NCBI GenBank assembly: GCA_019056785.1 | Contig: DXJV01000059.1 | Span: forward strand, 1-64,000 | Direction: 5' to 3' | DNA length: 64,000 nt | Source: Candidatus Heimdallarchaeota archaeon | Lineage (GTDB): Archaea; Asgardarchaeota; Heimdallarchaeia; JABLTI01 | In this document: piece after piece, positions 56,221-64,000 of the stretch | How the letters are laid out: each line of letters begins with the position of its first letter | Position numbering within the stretch: position 1 is the stretch's first letter | The notes under the pieces: generated by a model | The model's database searches: none | Told to the model about the DNA's origin: nothing | Seen by the model: the letters and a program-made list of their open reading frames with translations, nothing else | Translations under genes and position numbers: made by a program

Positions 56221-56368
56221 ATCTTTCCAAACCTGATTAAAAGAAGAGAGCTCAGTTTCTTCTTTTTATCCTCTTCCACAAACATCTTACTTTTTTATAA
56301 GATATTAATGGTTATTTTTAATTAGAAATTTGAGTTTTTCTATTTAAAGTTACAAAAAAAGAAAAAGT

Positions 56369-57193
56369 TTAATCGCTTTTCTGTTGCTGATGTAGTCGTT
56401 TCTCTTTCAAGAGATTGCGAGAACAGATATATGCAGTATAATGTTGAGGGCGACTAAAGCCCAATTTTAAAGCAAATCGGGTGGAGATTTCACTATCAGA
56501 ATCGAAATGCAATTTAATCCCTCGCTCCAAACATTCTCCTATTAATGCTGTTGCTGCAATGGTAGCAAATCCCTTGCGGCGATAATTAGGGTCAGGGTCA
56601 GTCACAACGAGCAGGTTAAATTCATCATCATAAATGGGCATTGCCGAAGCAGCAATGCTTACTACTAACTTTTTTTCGTCGTGAATAATACAATAGCCCA
56701 TCCCTCGCTCTATGAAATCAGCTGGCGACTTGTAAAAAGGTAAGATTGTTGGGGCAATTTTCGGATTGATGTTTTCGAGGATTTCATAAGAAATTTTCTT
56801 CAAGCTATACCCTTTTGGTAATTCCTTTTTGTGTAATTTTCTGTTCGCCTTTAGTAGGTTACTTTTTCGGGATAAAAATTTCGTTCTCGGAAAAGCCGTT
56901 AAAATCAGGTGTTTCCTTGCTAAGCGCAACCAGAAATCATTCGGAAAGAGTAAAAGTTTATTTTCTGAGATTTTGGCTATAACTTCCTTAGCATTTTTAT
57001 TCCGGCTCAACCCCCCGACGAATTCCATTACCTTGTAGGTTAATAGGGCGACTTTTGGTCGAGCTAAATTGTCCACAAGAATAACCCCTGTTTGATCCTT
57101 TAGGATGGTTTTAATCATGACGCGTAAAAATCTGTGTTTGTTAAACATTGTGAGAAGCTCAGCATGCCGTTCAGGGGGGAATTCGCTTAGCAT
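56369..57193 (-). CDS. GNAT family acetyltransferase
   Basis: DFIERGMGYC, TDPDPNYRRKGFAT, STRFALKLGF. Confidence 0.8.
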   Translation of the reverse strand: MLSEFPPERHAELLTMFNKHRFLRVMIKTILKDQTGVILVDNLARPKVALLTYKVMEFVGGLSRNKNAKEVIAKISENKLLLFPNDFWLRLARKHLILTAFPRTKFLSRKSNLLKANRKLHKKELPKGYSLKKISYEILENINPKIAPTILPFYKSPADFIERGMGYCIIHDEKKLVVSIAASAMPIYDDEFNLLVVTDPDPNYRRKGFATIAATALIGECLERGIKLHFDSDSEISTRFALKLGFSRPQHYTAYICSRNLLKEKRLHQQQKSD

Positions 57194-57275
57194 TCATAAC
57201 ACCAAACAACAGCTAACAAGAAAAAGAGCTTAAAAAAGCTATTTATTTAGTTTTAATTACTTTTTTTTGAGTATT

Positions 57276-59006
57276 TTACCAGCGCTTTTTTTCTGCTTCT
57301 CGTGACTTTCTTTTATCCTGTGGAAAGTCAACCAGCGCGACAGTTTCGCCATATTTGGTGATAGACTTTCGCTCTCTAAATTTAACCAGAATGGGGATTC
57401 GTAAAGCAGCACCCGTTAGAACACCTGTTCCTCGTTCCAGATAGGGGAGCAATCCCAAGTATCGGGTAGCAAATCCTGCAAGAATGTCTTTGGCGACTAA
57501 AAGATCTGATTGTTCTGTGATACGGAAAATTAATTTCGAATTGCATTGCGAAAGAATGTCTCTATCGAGTCCACTGGGTCTTTGACTAACAATGCCTAAG
57601 CCGGCTCCCATTTTTCGTCCTTCTCGGGCAAACCATTCAATAGCTTTCTTTGTTGGGGATTCACCTATGGGAATAAATCGATGCGCTTCCTCTATTAAGA
57701 GAAAGACCCTTTGGATATCTTTAATTTCCATTGATCTTCGCAGCCGGTTAAGATAACTCGAAACGAAGATTCTTCGCGCTCGCTCATCAAGCATGGGTTG
57801 GCTTACATCTAAAATTGTTGCTTGTTCAGGCGAAAAATGACTTTTCACACTTGTTAAACTTGCGAGTTCTTTCGTCTTATCACTTGTTTCTCTTCGACGA
57901 TATTTTTCATCAAATTCTTGAATGATTTGACCGGAATAATGACAAATTGCTCCATTAAGCTCTGTGAAGAACCCCATTTTGCGAAAGACTTCCAGTTTTC
58001 GTACTATGGGTTTTCGGCTAGCACCATCAATAATGCCATTTTCAATTCCAAAGCCTAGAAAACCATCGATATCATAGCAAATTGCATTTCCCAAAGAATC
58101 ACGGATATCATACCAGGTATTCTCGATCTTTTCTTTTTGGGTGTGGGTCAAGTCATACATAAAGCTAAACATTTCAGAGGTGCTAATTTCACTAAAGAGC
58201 ATGGTTATTGGTTCAATGGAGAGATTGACGTCTAATTTCTTTGCCATTTTTTGCATGTCTTGGAAATAGCGAGGTGGATATTTATTGGGATAAAGAACTT
58301 TTACAAAATATTTGGGTAGGGAATTGTCTCCTTTTGGTCCTACTGTTTGTGATAGCCCCCAATATTCACCATGGGGGTCAACAATTAACGAAGGGAGCCC
58401 AAACTCTGCAAACTCTTCAATAATAACTCCTGCAGCATACGATTTCCCGCTGCCTCGAGAGCCAAAAATCGCCAAACCATCTGAGCCCAAGACATTCGGA
58501 TTTAACTTTACAGGGATCTCTCCTGAATGTTCAGCAAAATAGCCAATAAACATTTCCCCCCGTTCTTTCCCAAAAACAGCCAACTCGAGTAATTCGTCAT
58601 TACATTCAAAAACCATCGACCCGGGGGAAATCCACGCATTTGGTGTTGTAATGTTCATTTTATCCGGAGCAATACTCGAAACCAGGACAATGTCAATTAT
58701 ATGAAATTCTGTAAATTCTAACATTGCACGTGATTCTAACGAACGTCGTAATCGATCCATCCAAAATTTGGCATACCGTTCATCACTCAATTGCGGGTTT
58801 ACAGCACGAATGTTCATAACGCGTCCAATAATTGTTTGTCCCGTTGCAAGAGGGATACTTACAAAATTCCCTTCGACAATGTCTTCATGCTCAACATTTT
58901 CATCGAGCCTGACAAGTAAGGTATCTTGCTCTGTTGATGCACCAAGAACGAAACCAATTTTTTTTGCCCGGGAATTCACTATGGAAACCTTCCAATTACA
59001 AAACAA
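57276..59006 (-). CDS. HerA/FtsK-superfamily ATPase (HAS barrel + DUF87); start may be GTG 58979
   Basis: N-terminal barrel (IGFVLG...GNFVSI...IIGRV), GSRGSGKS, IVDPHGEY, LLIEEAH, REGRKMG, SQRPS. Confidence 0.88.
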   Translation of the reverse strand: MFCNWKVSIVNSRAKKIGFVLGASTEQDTLLVRLDENVEHEDIVEGNFVSIPLATGQTIIGRVMNIRAVNPQLSDERYAKFWMDRLRRSLESRAMLEFTEFHIIDIVLVSSIAPDKMNITTPNAWISPGSMVFECNDELLELAVFGKERGEMFIGYFAEHSGEIPVKLNPNVLGSDGLAIFGSRGSGKSYAAGVIIEEFAEFGLPSLIVDPHGEYWGLSQTVGPKGDNSLPKYFVKVLYPNKYPPRYFQDMQKMAKKLDVNLSIEPITMLFSEISTSEMFSFMYDLTHTQKEKIENTWYDIRDSLGNAICYDIDGFLGFGIENGIIDGASRKPIVRKLEVFRKMGFFTELNGAICHYSGQIIQEFDEKYRRRETSDKTKELASLTSVKSHFSPEQATILDVSQPMLDERARRIFVSSYLNRLRRSMEIKDIQRVFLLIEEAHRFIPIGESPTKKAIEWFAREGRKMGAGLGIVSQRPSGLDRDILSQCNSKLIFRITEQSDLLVAKDILAGFATRYLGLLPYLERGTGVLTGAALRIPILVKFRERKSITKYGETVALVDFPQDKRKSREAEKKRW

Positions 59007-59070
59007 TACCTTTGCTGTTTAAAATTATTTTTTCAATATTTCTAAAAAACACCTCGAAAAAGAGGGAGAA

Positions 59071-59089
59071 AACCGAGAAAAACTCGGTT
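59071..59089. terminator. Hairpin at the stop of 59088-59411
   Basis: AACCGAG-AAAAA-CTCGGTT perfect 7-bp stem, followed on the minus strand by a pyrimidine/U-rich tract. Confidence 0.4.
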
Positions 59090-59411
59090 ACTTGTAAAAA
59101 ATTGAATAGAAGAACCACTTTATCATTTTCAAAGAGTTCACAAGTGACTCCTTAAAACCAATTCTTCCGGAACCACTGCAGCTATTCTGGCAGCTATTTG
59201 TACATGAATCCGCACATGATTCCCCACATGCACTACAGATGGCATTTGTCAATCCTGTTGCAAGTCCAGTTAATAACAAGACGAAAAAGACAATCACCAG
59301 AACAACAATGATTATTGGCAAAACAATCGCAAAAATGATGATTAAAATCCTCCTGCGACGCTTTTTCTTAGCCTCGAAGTCAGGATCCGGTACTTTAACT
59401 CCTTCGGCCAT
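59088..59411 (-). CDS. Small membrane protein with a CxxxC-repeat segment
   Basis: KKKRRRR, long TM, CSACGESCADSCTNSCQNSC, C-terminal IKWFFYSI. Confidence 0.75.
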   Translation of the reverse strand: MAEGVKVPDPDFEAKKKRRRRILIIIFAIVLPIIIVVLVIVFFVLLLTGLATGLTNAICSACGESCADSCTNSCQNSCSGSGRIGFKESLVNSLKMIKWFFYSIFYK

Positions 59412-59522
59412 TTAAATCAACCTTTTTATATGAGATTAATATGTTTTATTAAATACTAATTTACCCAATAAAAGTATTCTCCTTTTGCACAATCGCTTGG
59501 GAAAAAGGAATGTTTTTCTTCC

Positions 59523-60101
59523 TTATTTGAAGAAAACCCCTATAATCGTGTAAAAAGTCCATTTTAAGAGCTTGATTGAGCTGGAGGTTTTTTCTGCTTG
59601 TTGAATGGTGCTTCCACAATCGCAATTACAACTACTACAAGAATTTGCGCAGCTATCACCGCAATTACAACTAGCATTGCAAGAGTCACTGCATCCCTGG
59701 CAGCAAGAGTCTGAACAAGAATTTATACAAGAGTCAGAACAGTTTTGACAACATTGTGATGAACAACTTTGAAAAGCACCAACTAGAGCGAGAAAGATAA
59801 AGACAAACACACCGATGATGATGAGTAGTGGCAAAACTACTGCAAAAACAATAATGAGGATTATATTTCGCCGTTTTTTCTTTTTTCTCAGCTCGTCTTC
59901 GCTTTCAGGTTGTTGGTCTATTATTGTTCCTTCTAATTGCTCTTCTGGTGGTTCTTGTGATGGGAATTGGTCAACAGGTGTCGTTTCCTCGGCTCCTACC
60001 TTGTCATTTGGCGGAGGAGGAATTTTAGAAAAAGCCTCTTCAGTATCTTTGTAAGGCTCATCGATACCTTCGAAAGCTCCTTCCTCTTTTTTTTCTGCCA
60101 T
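59523..60101 (-). CDS. Membrane protein with an extended CxxxC-repeat segment (paralogue of 59088-59411)
   Basis: Acidic N-terminus, KKKKRR, TM, Cys-rich tract, C-terminal LKWTFYTI. Confidence 0.78.
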   Translation of the reverse strand: MAEKKEEGAFEGIDEPYKDTEEAFSKIPPPPNDKVGAEETTPVDQFPSQEPPEEQLEGTIIDQQPESEDELRKKKKRRNIILIIVFAVVLPLLIIIGVFVFIFLALVGAFQSCSSQCCQNCSDSCINSCSDSCCQGCSDSCNASCNCGDSCANSCSSCNCDCGSTIQQAEKTSSSIKLLKWTFYTIIGVFFK

Positions 60102-60197
60102 AAAAACTCAACTTCTAAGTCCAATACTGAACAAAAATGTGTAAAAATATAAAAAACTATTGTAAATAGTCAGAAGAGAATAATTAAGCTTTTTCTC

Positions 60198-60890
60198 TTA
60201 AGTCTTATTTTCCTTTTTATTTCTCTTTTGTGCGACTTGTTGTCGGGCTTTTTCCAGTTCCTCTTCGACTATTGCATAGACTTTCCGGACGCGGATATTA
60301 GTGTTCCGTTCTGGATCGCAACTATTGTTAAGGTGCAGTGGGCAAGTTCGACATTTCTCGCGATTGGCATTTCTTCCCCTGCTAATACCATATAATTGAT
60401 TTCCGAGAAATAAAAGAGCAAATAGGATTAATCCCAACCACCATCGATGCGGAATAAAAAAGGTTTGAATTATTAACGCAAGATAGGCTCCTATGCCAAA
60501 ACCAGAAACAAAGCGAGAGAAGGCTTTTGTCCATTTATTTTTCAATCCTATCAGACGATGAATGATTGCTAACCCAAATCCTGCAAATGGAAGAGAGGCG
60601 GTCACCCAATAATTGTAACGAAAAATGGTTGGCACAGTAAAAAAAAGCACCGCATAGATAAAAATTGCAGAATAAATCATTGAACAACCAATACAAAAAC
60701 CAAACTCACCAATCCGGAAAAAGTGATCTTCATATTCACTACACATGGGATGGTGGGCTAAAAACTTCCAGGCACGGAGTTTGAAAATCGCCACTTGTGC
60801 ATGAAAAGGAGTGCGTTTTTTTAAATAAACCTCCTCCGAAAGGTAGGGGGTTTTGATTTGTTCCGGTGATTTTTCAGGCAATGCAAACAA
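60198..60890 (-). CDS. DUF2085-like membrane protein with His/Cys clusters
   Basis: HHPMC...HFFRIG..FCIGC, four TMs, SRFVSGFGIG, C-terminal CRTCP...C. Confidence 0.6.
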   Translation of the reverse strand: MFALPEKSPEQIKTPYLSEEVYLKKRTPFHAQVAIFKLRAWKFLAHHPMCSEYEDHFFRIGEFGFCIGCSMIYSAIFIYAVLFFTVPTIFRYNYWVTASLPFAGFGLAIIHRLIGLKNKWTKAFSRFVSGFGIGAYLALIIQTFFIPHRWWLGLILFALLFLGNQLYGISRGRNANREKCRTCPLHLNNSCDPERNTNIRVRKVYAIVEEELEKARQQVAQKRNKKENKT

Positions 60891-60955
60891 CCATTCAATT
60901 GTAATATGAATTTTGAAATAATTGGTTAATGCTCTTAATTAAGATTTTCAAAGAT

Positions 60956-60995
60956 GTAGGGAATTTCCTTTGAGAAAGTAGGGAATATTCCTTTG
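60956..60995. promoter_or_regulatory. Pair of near-palindromic direct repeats in a divergent intergenic region (operator-like)
   Basis: GTAGGGAAT-TTCCTTTG (60956-60972) and GTAGGGAATATTCCTTTG (60978-60995). The core GGAATATTCC is palindromic. Confidence 0.55.
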
Positions 60996-61059
60996 TTACA
61001 ATAAGACTCATAAAGTAGAAGGACAAATAATAATTGCTTATCAAAAGGATGTGAGATAG

Positions 61060-61284
61060 ATGCCTGCAATTGATCGTTACGCAATTAAATATAGAGATGA
61101 AGTTAAACACTTCAATAATCATGTTGATGCAGTTTCTTACGTTTTGGGTCTCCCTTCAAGCACTGAAAAGATCGAAATTAAAAAATTCGGTAGTTGGCAA
61201 AAAGTCCTTATTTATCTTGAAGGAGAAATAAATGAAATCCAACGCTTAGCTTCAATTGTTCTTTCCTGGGAAAAGAAAGATTAG
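61060..61284 (+). CDS. Small hypothetical protein (74 aa)
   Basis: ATG preceded by a purine-rich GGATGTGAGA segment, protein-like composition, T-rich tract after the stop. Confidence 0.6.
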   Translation: MPAIDRYAIKYRDEVKHFNNHVDAVSYVLGLPSSTEKIEIKKFGSWQKVLIYLEGEINEIQRLASIVLSWEKKD

Positions 61285-61480
61285 CCTTTTTCTCTCTTCA
61301 AGATTTATTCTCTAGCAAATTTCTTCCAGCGATTTTTACTTTGTTTGGTTTTCTCGCACTAGTTTATGTAAGGCAAATATTTCCTAATTTTTTTAACGTA
61401 AGGAATACTCTGGATAAAAAAAAGTCAGGCAAAAACACACCCAGGTTGGATAAGCGTTGTTTCTCTACCAAAGTAAAAAG

Positions 61481-61763
61481 TGGCGATAAGGCGACCATTT
61501 CAAGCGTCTTGCAAACCTTCTGGGTTTTTAGGTTTACAATATTCTTTCGTGGTCTTTTTCCTTCAGAAATCCCATATAAAAGCATTACTTGACCCTTGCT
61601 TTTATAGGTCTTTTTGAAGGCTTTCTTATCGCCAAGTAAATAATAGCTCTTAATCTTAAAATACCTTTCATAAACATAGCAAAGGCAATTTTGGAAGGTT
61701 TTAACAGAAAAATGACCCCAAAAATAACATCTCGGTGTTAATTTTTTGGGGAAAGGTAAAACT
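61481..61763 (+). ncRNA. Candidate structured non-coding RNA or cis-regulatory leader (family not recognised)
   Basis: Nested helices: 61481-90/61625-34 (10 bp perfect), 61493-98/61549-54, 61509-18/61530-39, 61560-69/61611-20, 61575-84/61597-606 (10 bp perfect), plus hairpin 61716-61751. G-U wobbles mostly favour the + strand. Confidence 0.5.
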
Positions 61764-61881
61764 CGTTTGGTTATTCCTATTTCGCTCCTATCAATTTATT
61801 TATTTTCTTAGTCATTTTCTTTTTAAGTCGAAGCGATTACACACACAAAACAACAGATACTTTTGGATGTTTGAAACAAAA

Positions 61882-62190
61882 ATGAAGAGAAGATTATACA
61901 ATATTGACCCGAAAGAATTAATCCTCCGGGATCATCTTGCAATTGACCGGACTAAGCTGGCTAATGAACGCAATTTCCTGGCATTTGTACGAACTGCCCT
62001 TGCCTTTGTTGCGGGTGGTTTTGGGCTAATAAAGTTTGTCGATGAGCTTGCGTATATTGTTATTGGTTGGATCCTTGTGGGAATTGGAGCTATTGTTCTC
62101 GGTTTTGGTTTCTATCGTTACCTTAAATTCAAAAAAGTCATTGACAGTATGCAACATCCAGAAGAAGAAAGTACAACAACCTCAAATTAA
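61882..62190 (+). CDS. DUF202 (YidH-like) small membrane protein; start at ATG 61882 or 61867 rather than 61735
   Basis: LRDHLAIDRTKLANERNFLAFVRTAL and two TM helices. Confidence 0.88.
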   Translation: MKRRLYNIDPKELILRDHLAIDRTKLANERNFLAFVRTALAFVAGGFGLIKFVDELAYIVIGWILVGIGAIVLGFGFYRYLKFKKVIDSMQHPEEESTTTSN

Positions 62191-62241
62191 TGAGTATAAC
62201 AACAAAAACAAAAAGAAAAGGGAAAGGAACGTTTGTTCCCT

Positions 62242-63504
62242 TTAATAGTCTAATTTGTCGAAAAGGCGCATTGTGTCTGGCTCGATTTCCATCTCATCGA
62301 GGAAGCGCATAGCTGCCCTGTTTGGATCACTCGAGCGATAAATGTATCTACCCACGATAATGATATCAGCACCGGCTTTCAATGCATCATTTAATGGTTT
62401 GCCGGGTTTCAAACCTCCAGCAACTGCTGCCAGTCCGCCAGTAATCTTTTTGATTTGTTTAATGTCGCCCCAAACGCTTCGTGAAGCAGACGTGCCTTCT
62501 TTCTTTGCTGCGCCGGTTTTCTGAGCATCTTCTTGATCAATGCCACGATGAAGAATAACCACTTTTGGCTTTTCTTTTAAGCGTCCCAGCATCGCCAGAA
62601 ATTCTGTCTGTGTGGTATTAAGAGAGTCAATCCAGGCATGGACTCCTCGTTTATTACAGGCACGAATGAACTCGGCAATGGTGCTTTCCGGAGCAATCCC
62701 GGACACTACAACCGCATTTGCAGTGGCATCTGCAGCAGCATTTACTTCCGCTCGTCCTACATCGAGAGTTTTCATATCAGCAATAATGTACGCGCCCGGT
62801 TTGATCTGGCGCATTCGACCGACAGTTTCTTCAATGCCGTATTTTTTGATGTAAGGTGTACCAATTTCAATGATGATCCGCTCTGACTTTGGTAGTTGTT
62901 CAACAATTTTAACTGCTTGAGATAGCGAACCAACATCTAAAGCTATTTGTAAATAAGGCGGGTTCCAAAGAGTTTGTGGTTTGAATTTCATCACGGGATG
63001 CTTAGCACGGTCCTTTTCAGCAATGAGTTTCTTGAGTGGTGGATAGTCGCTTAGAGCACGCTTAATTGCTAAGCGGGTAGCACCATAATTGTAATAATAA
63101 ATTTTGGATTCATCTTCGGCTTTTGGATGAATGTATACACTAACAATAATAACATATTTGAAAAGCTTCTCTTGGGGAATGTCACCTTCTGCAGCGGCAT
63201 CGGCGACGGCTTTAGCAACAGCCATTTGTGCCGGGCCAAAAATCTTTCCCGCTTGGTCGAGATTTTCAATTGTTACTTTCGGGACAATAAGTGTACGGGG
63301 GTGCGGTTGCAAGTTTGGTTTTATTAATGCTAACAAGGGTGTGTGGCCTTGTGAAAGCTGTGTCATACCATTTGCAAAAGCATGACCAACCGGTCCATCC
63401 TTATCGCCGATCATTAGATCAACATGCGCAAGTTCATTTCCCTTTCCCTGTAAAGCTTCACCTATGAAAAAGTCTGCCAATTTTTTTAAAACCACCGGGG
63501 TCAT
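62242..63504 (-). CDS. fae-hps: Bifunctional formaldehyde-activating enzyme / 3-hexulose-6-phosphate synthase
   Basis: Fae: GEAL..GNELAHVDLMIG, GHTPLLA, VPKVTI, FGPAQ.AVAKAV, YNYGAT. Hps: LQIALD, EIGTP, ADMKTLD, HRGID, AVAGG, IVGR. Confidence 0.92.
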   Translation of the reverse strand: MTPVVLKKLADFFIGEALQGKGNELAHVDLMIGDKDGPVGHAFANGMTQLSQGHTPLLALIKPNLQPHPRTLIVPKVTIENLDQAGKIFGPAQMAVAKAVADAAAEGDIPQEKLFKYVIIVSVYIHPKAEDESKIYYYNYGATRLAIKRALSDYPPLKKLIAEKDRAKHPVMKFKPQTLWNPPYLQIALDVGSLSQAVKIVEQLPKSERIIIEIGTPYIKKYGIEETVGRMRQIKPGAYIIADMKTLDVGRAEVNAAADATANAVVVSGIAPESTIAEFIRACNKRGVHAWIDSLNTTQTEFLAMLGRLKEKPKVVILHRGIDQEDAQKTGAAKKEGTSASRSVWGDIKQIKKITGGLAAVAGGLKPGKPLNDALKAGADIIIVGRYIYRSSDPNRAAMRFLDEMEIEPDTMRLFDKLDY

Positions 63505-63772
63505 TTTTTTTACTTTGTGTGTTAACTTCGAAGGCTTAACTTTATTAAGTTATCTAATTTTGTAATAATTCCCAGATAATATTTTCAAGAGAAGAAGGCT
63601 TAGAAATGTTAAAAGCTGGGAGACCTGTTGCTCTTTTTTATTCTTTGATTGGAAATGCTATCATATTGAAACATAATCAAATTCGAGATTACTTTTTCAA
63701 GCAACAATGATGAATTCAGATTTTTTTCATAAGAATGTCTATGCAAATTGTCATTCATTTGTACCATTGTGA

Positions 63773-64000
63773 TTAATATTTCATGCTAATTCTCTTTTGA
63801 ATCTCCTTCTCGAAATTTGTTGTTCGATAGAATTTCTCGCGGAGCATAGAAAGAAGTATCTTTAGATACGCCTTTTTTACATCATAAAAATCTCTGGCCG
63901 GAACCTCAGAAATTCCTCCACCTGGGAAATGAATTTCGTATTTCTTAACTAAACCTAGAAATTTCTTCTTTAAATGAATGCTATTTGCAGCAATTTCATT
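63773..64000 (-). CDS. 3' end of a hypothetical protein entering from the right edge
   Basis: Manual translation is open from 64000 to TAA at 63773-63775: NEIAANSIHLKKKFLGLVKKYEIHFPGGGISEVPARDFYDVKKAYLKILLSMLREKFYRTTNFEKEIQKRISMKY. Confidence 0.55.
   Translation of the reverse strand, partial: NEIAANSIHLKKKFLGLVKKYEIHFPGGGISEVPARDFYDVKKAYLKILLSMLREKFYRTTNFEKEIQKRISMKY

Noticed and set aside
57276-59006. Anti-phage HerA system or conjugative VirB4
   Set aside because: No Sir2, DUF4297, nuclease, relaxase, integrase or other mobile-element genes are adjacent.
61341-61592. Overlapping short ORFs on both strands (61341-61592 +, 61364-61585 -)
   Set aside because: Both have non-ATG or weak starts and no recognisable motifs, and they coincide with the base-paired region, which is better explained as non-coding.
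61481-61634. 5S rRNA, SRP RNA, RNase P RNA or hammerhead identity for the structured region
   Set aside because: The conserved signatures were not found by eye on either strand: 5S CCGAAC loop, SRP helix-8 GNRA with AGCAG, RNase P GAGGAAAGUCC, exact CUGANGA/GAAA core.
61735-61881. N-terminal extension of the DUF202 ORF
   Set aside because: Low-complexity F/L-rich translation that overlaps a hairpin; family similarity starts only after ATG 61867/61882.

Overview
This is a gene-dense, AT-rich archaeal chromosomal segment, very probably from an Asgard archaeon. The basis is Arf- and Rab-like small GTPases, several longin-like domains, a gelsolin-like module, an archaeosortase, Fae-Hps and a cupin-type PGI; the lineage is inferred from gene content, not from a marker gene. 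About 50 CDS were supported. I recognised no rRNA, tRNA, CRISPR array or transposase. Highlights: (1) a co-directional eukaryotic-signature cluster of two Arf-like GTPase+longin fusions (one degenerate), a uDENN/longin+gelsolin-like fusion and a Rab-like GTPase (23.8-27.4 kb). (2) A 1763-aa surface protein with an integrin-alpha-like layout: seven FG-GAP-type Ca2+ loops, about nine Ig-like repeats and one TM helix, ending in a cytoplasmic longin domain. (3) An unannotated, extensively base-paired non-coding region (about 61.48-61.76 kb) with a three-way junction and a possible kissing loop. (4) A NuoI-NuoB-NuoD triple fusion with MBS/Mbx-type two-Cys motifs and no membrane arm nearby. (5) A tandem active/inactive double archaeosortase. 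(6) A sat-cysC-sulfotransferase PAPS sulfation module. (7) Membrane-anchored Cys-every-fourth-residue paralogues next to a stand-alone HerA-like ATPase. All domain calls come from motifs read by eye; no searches were run.
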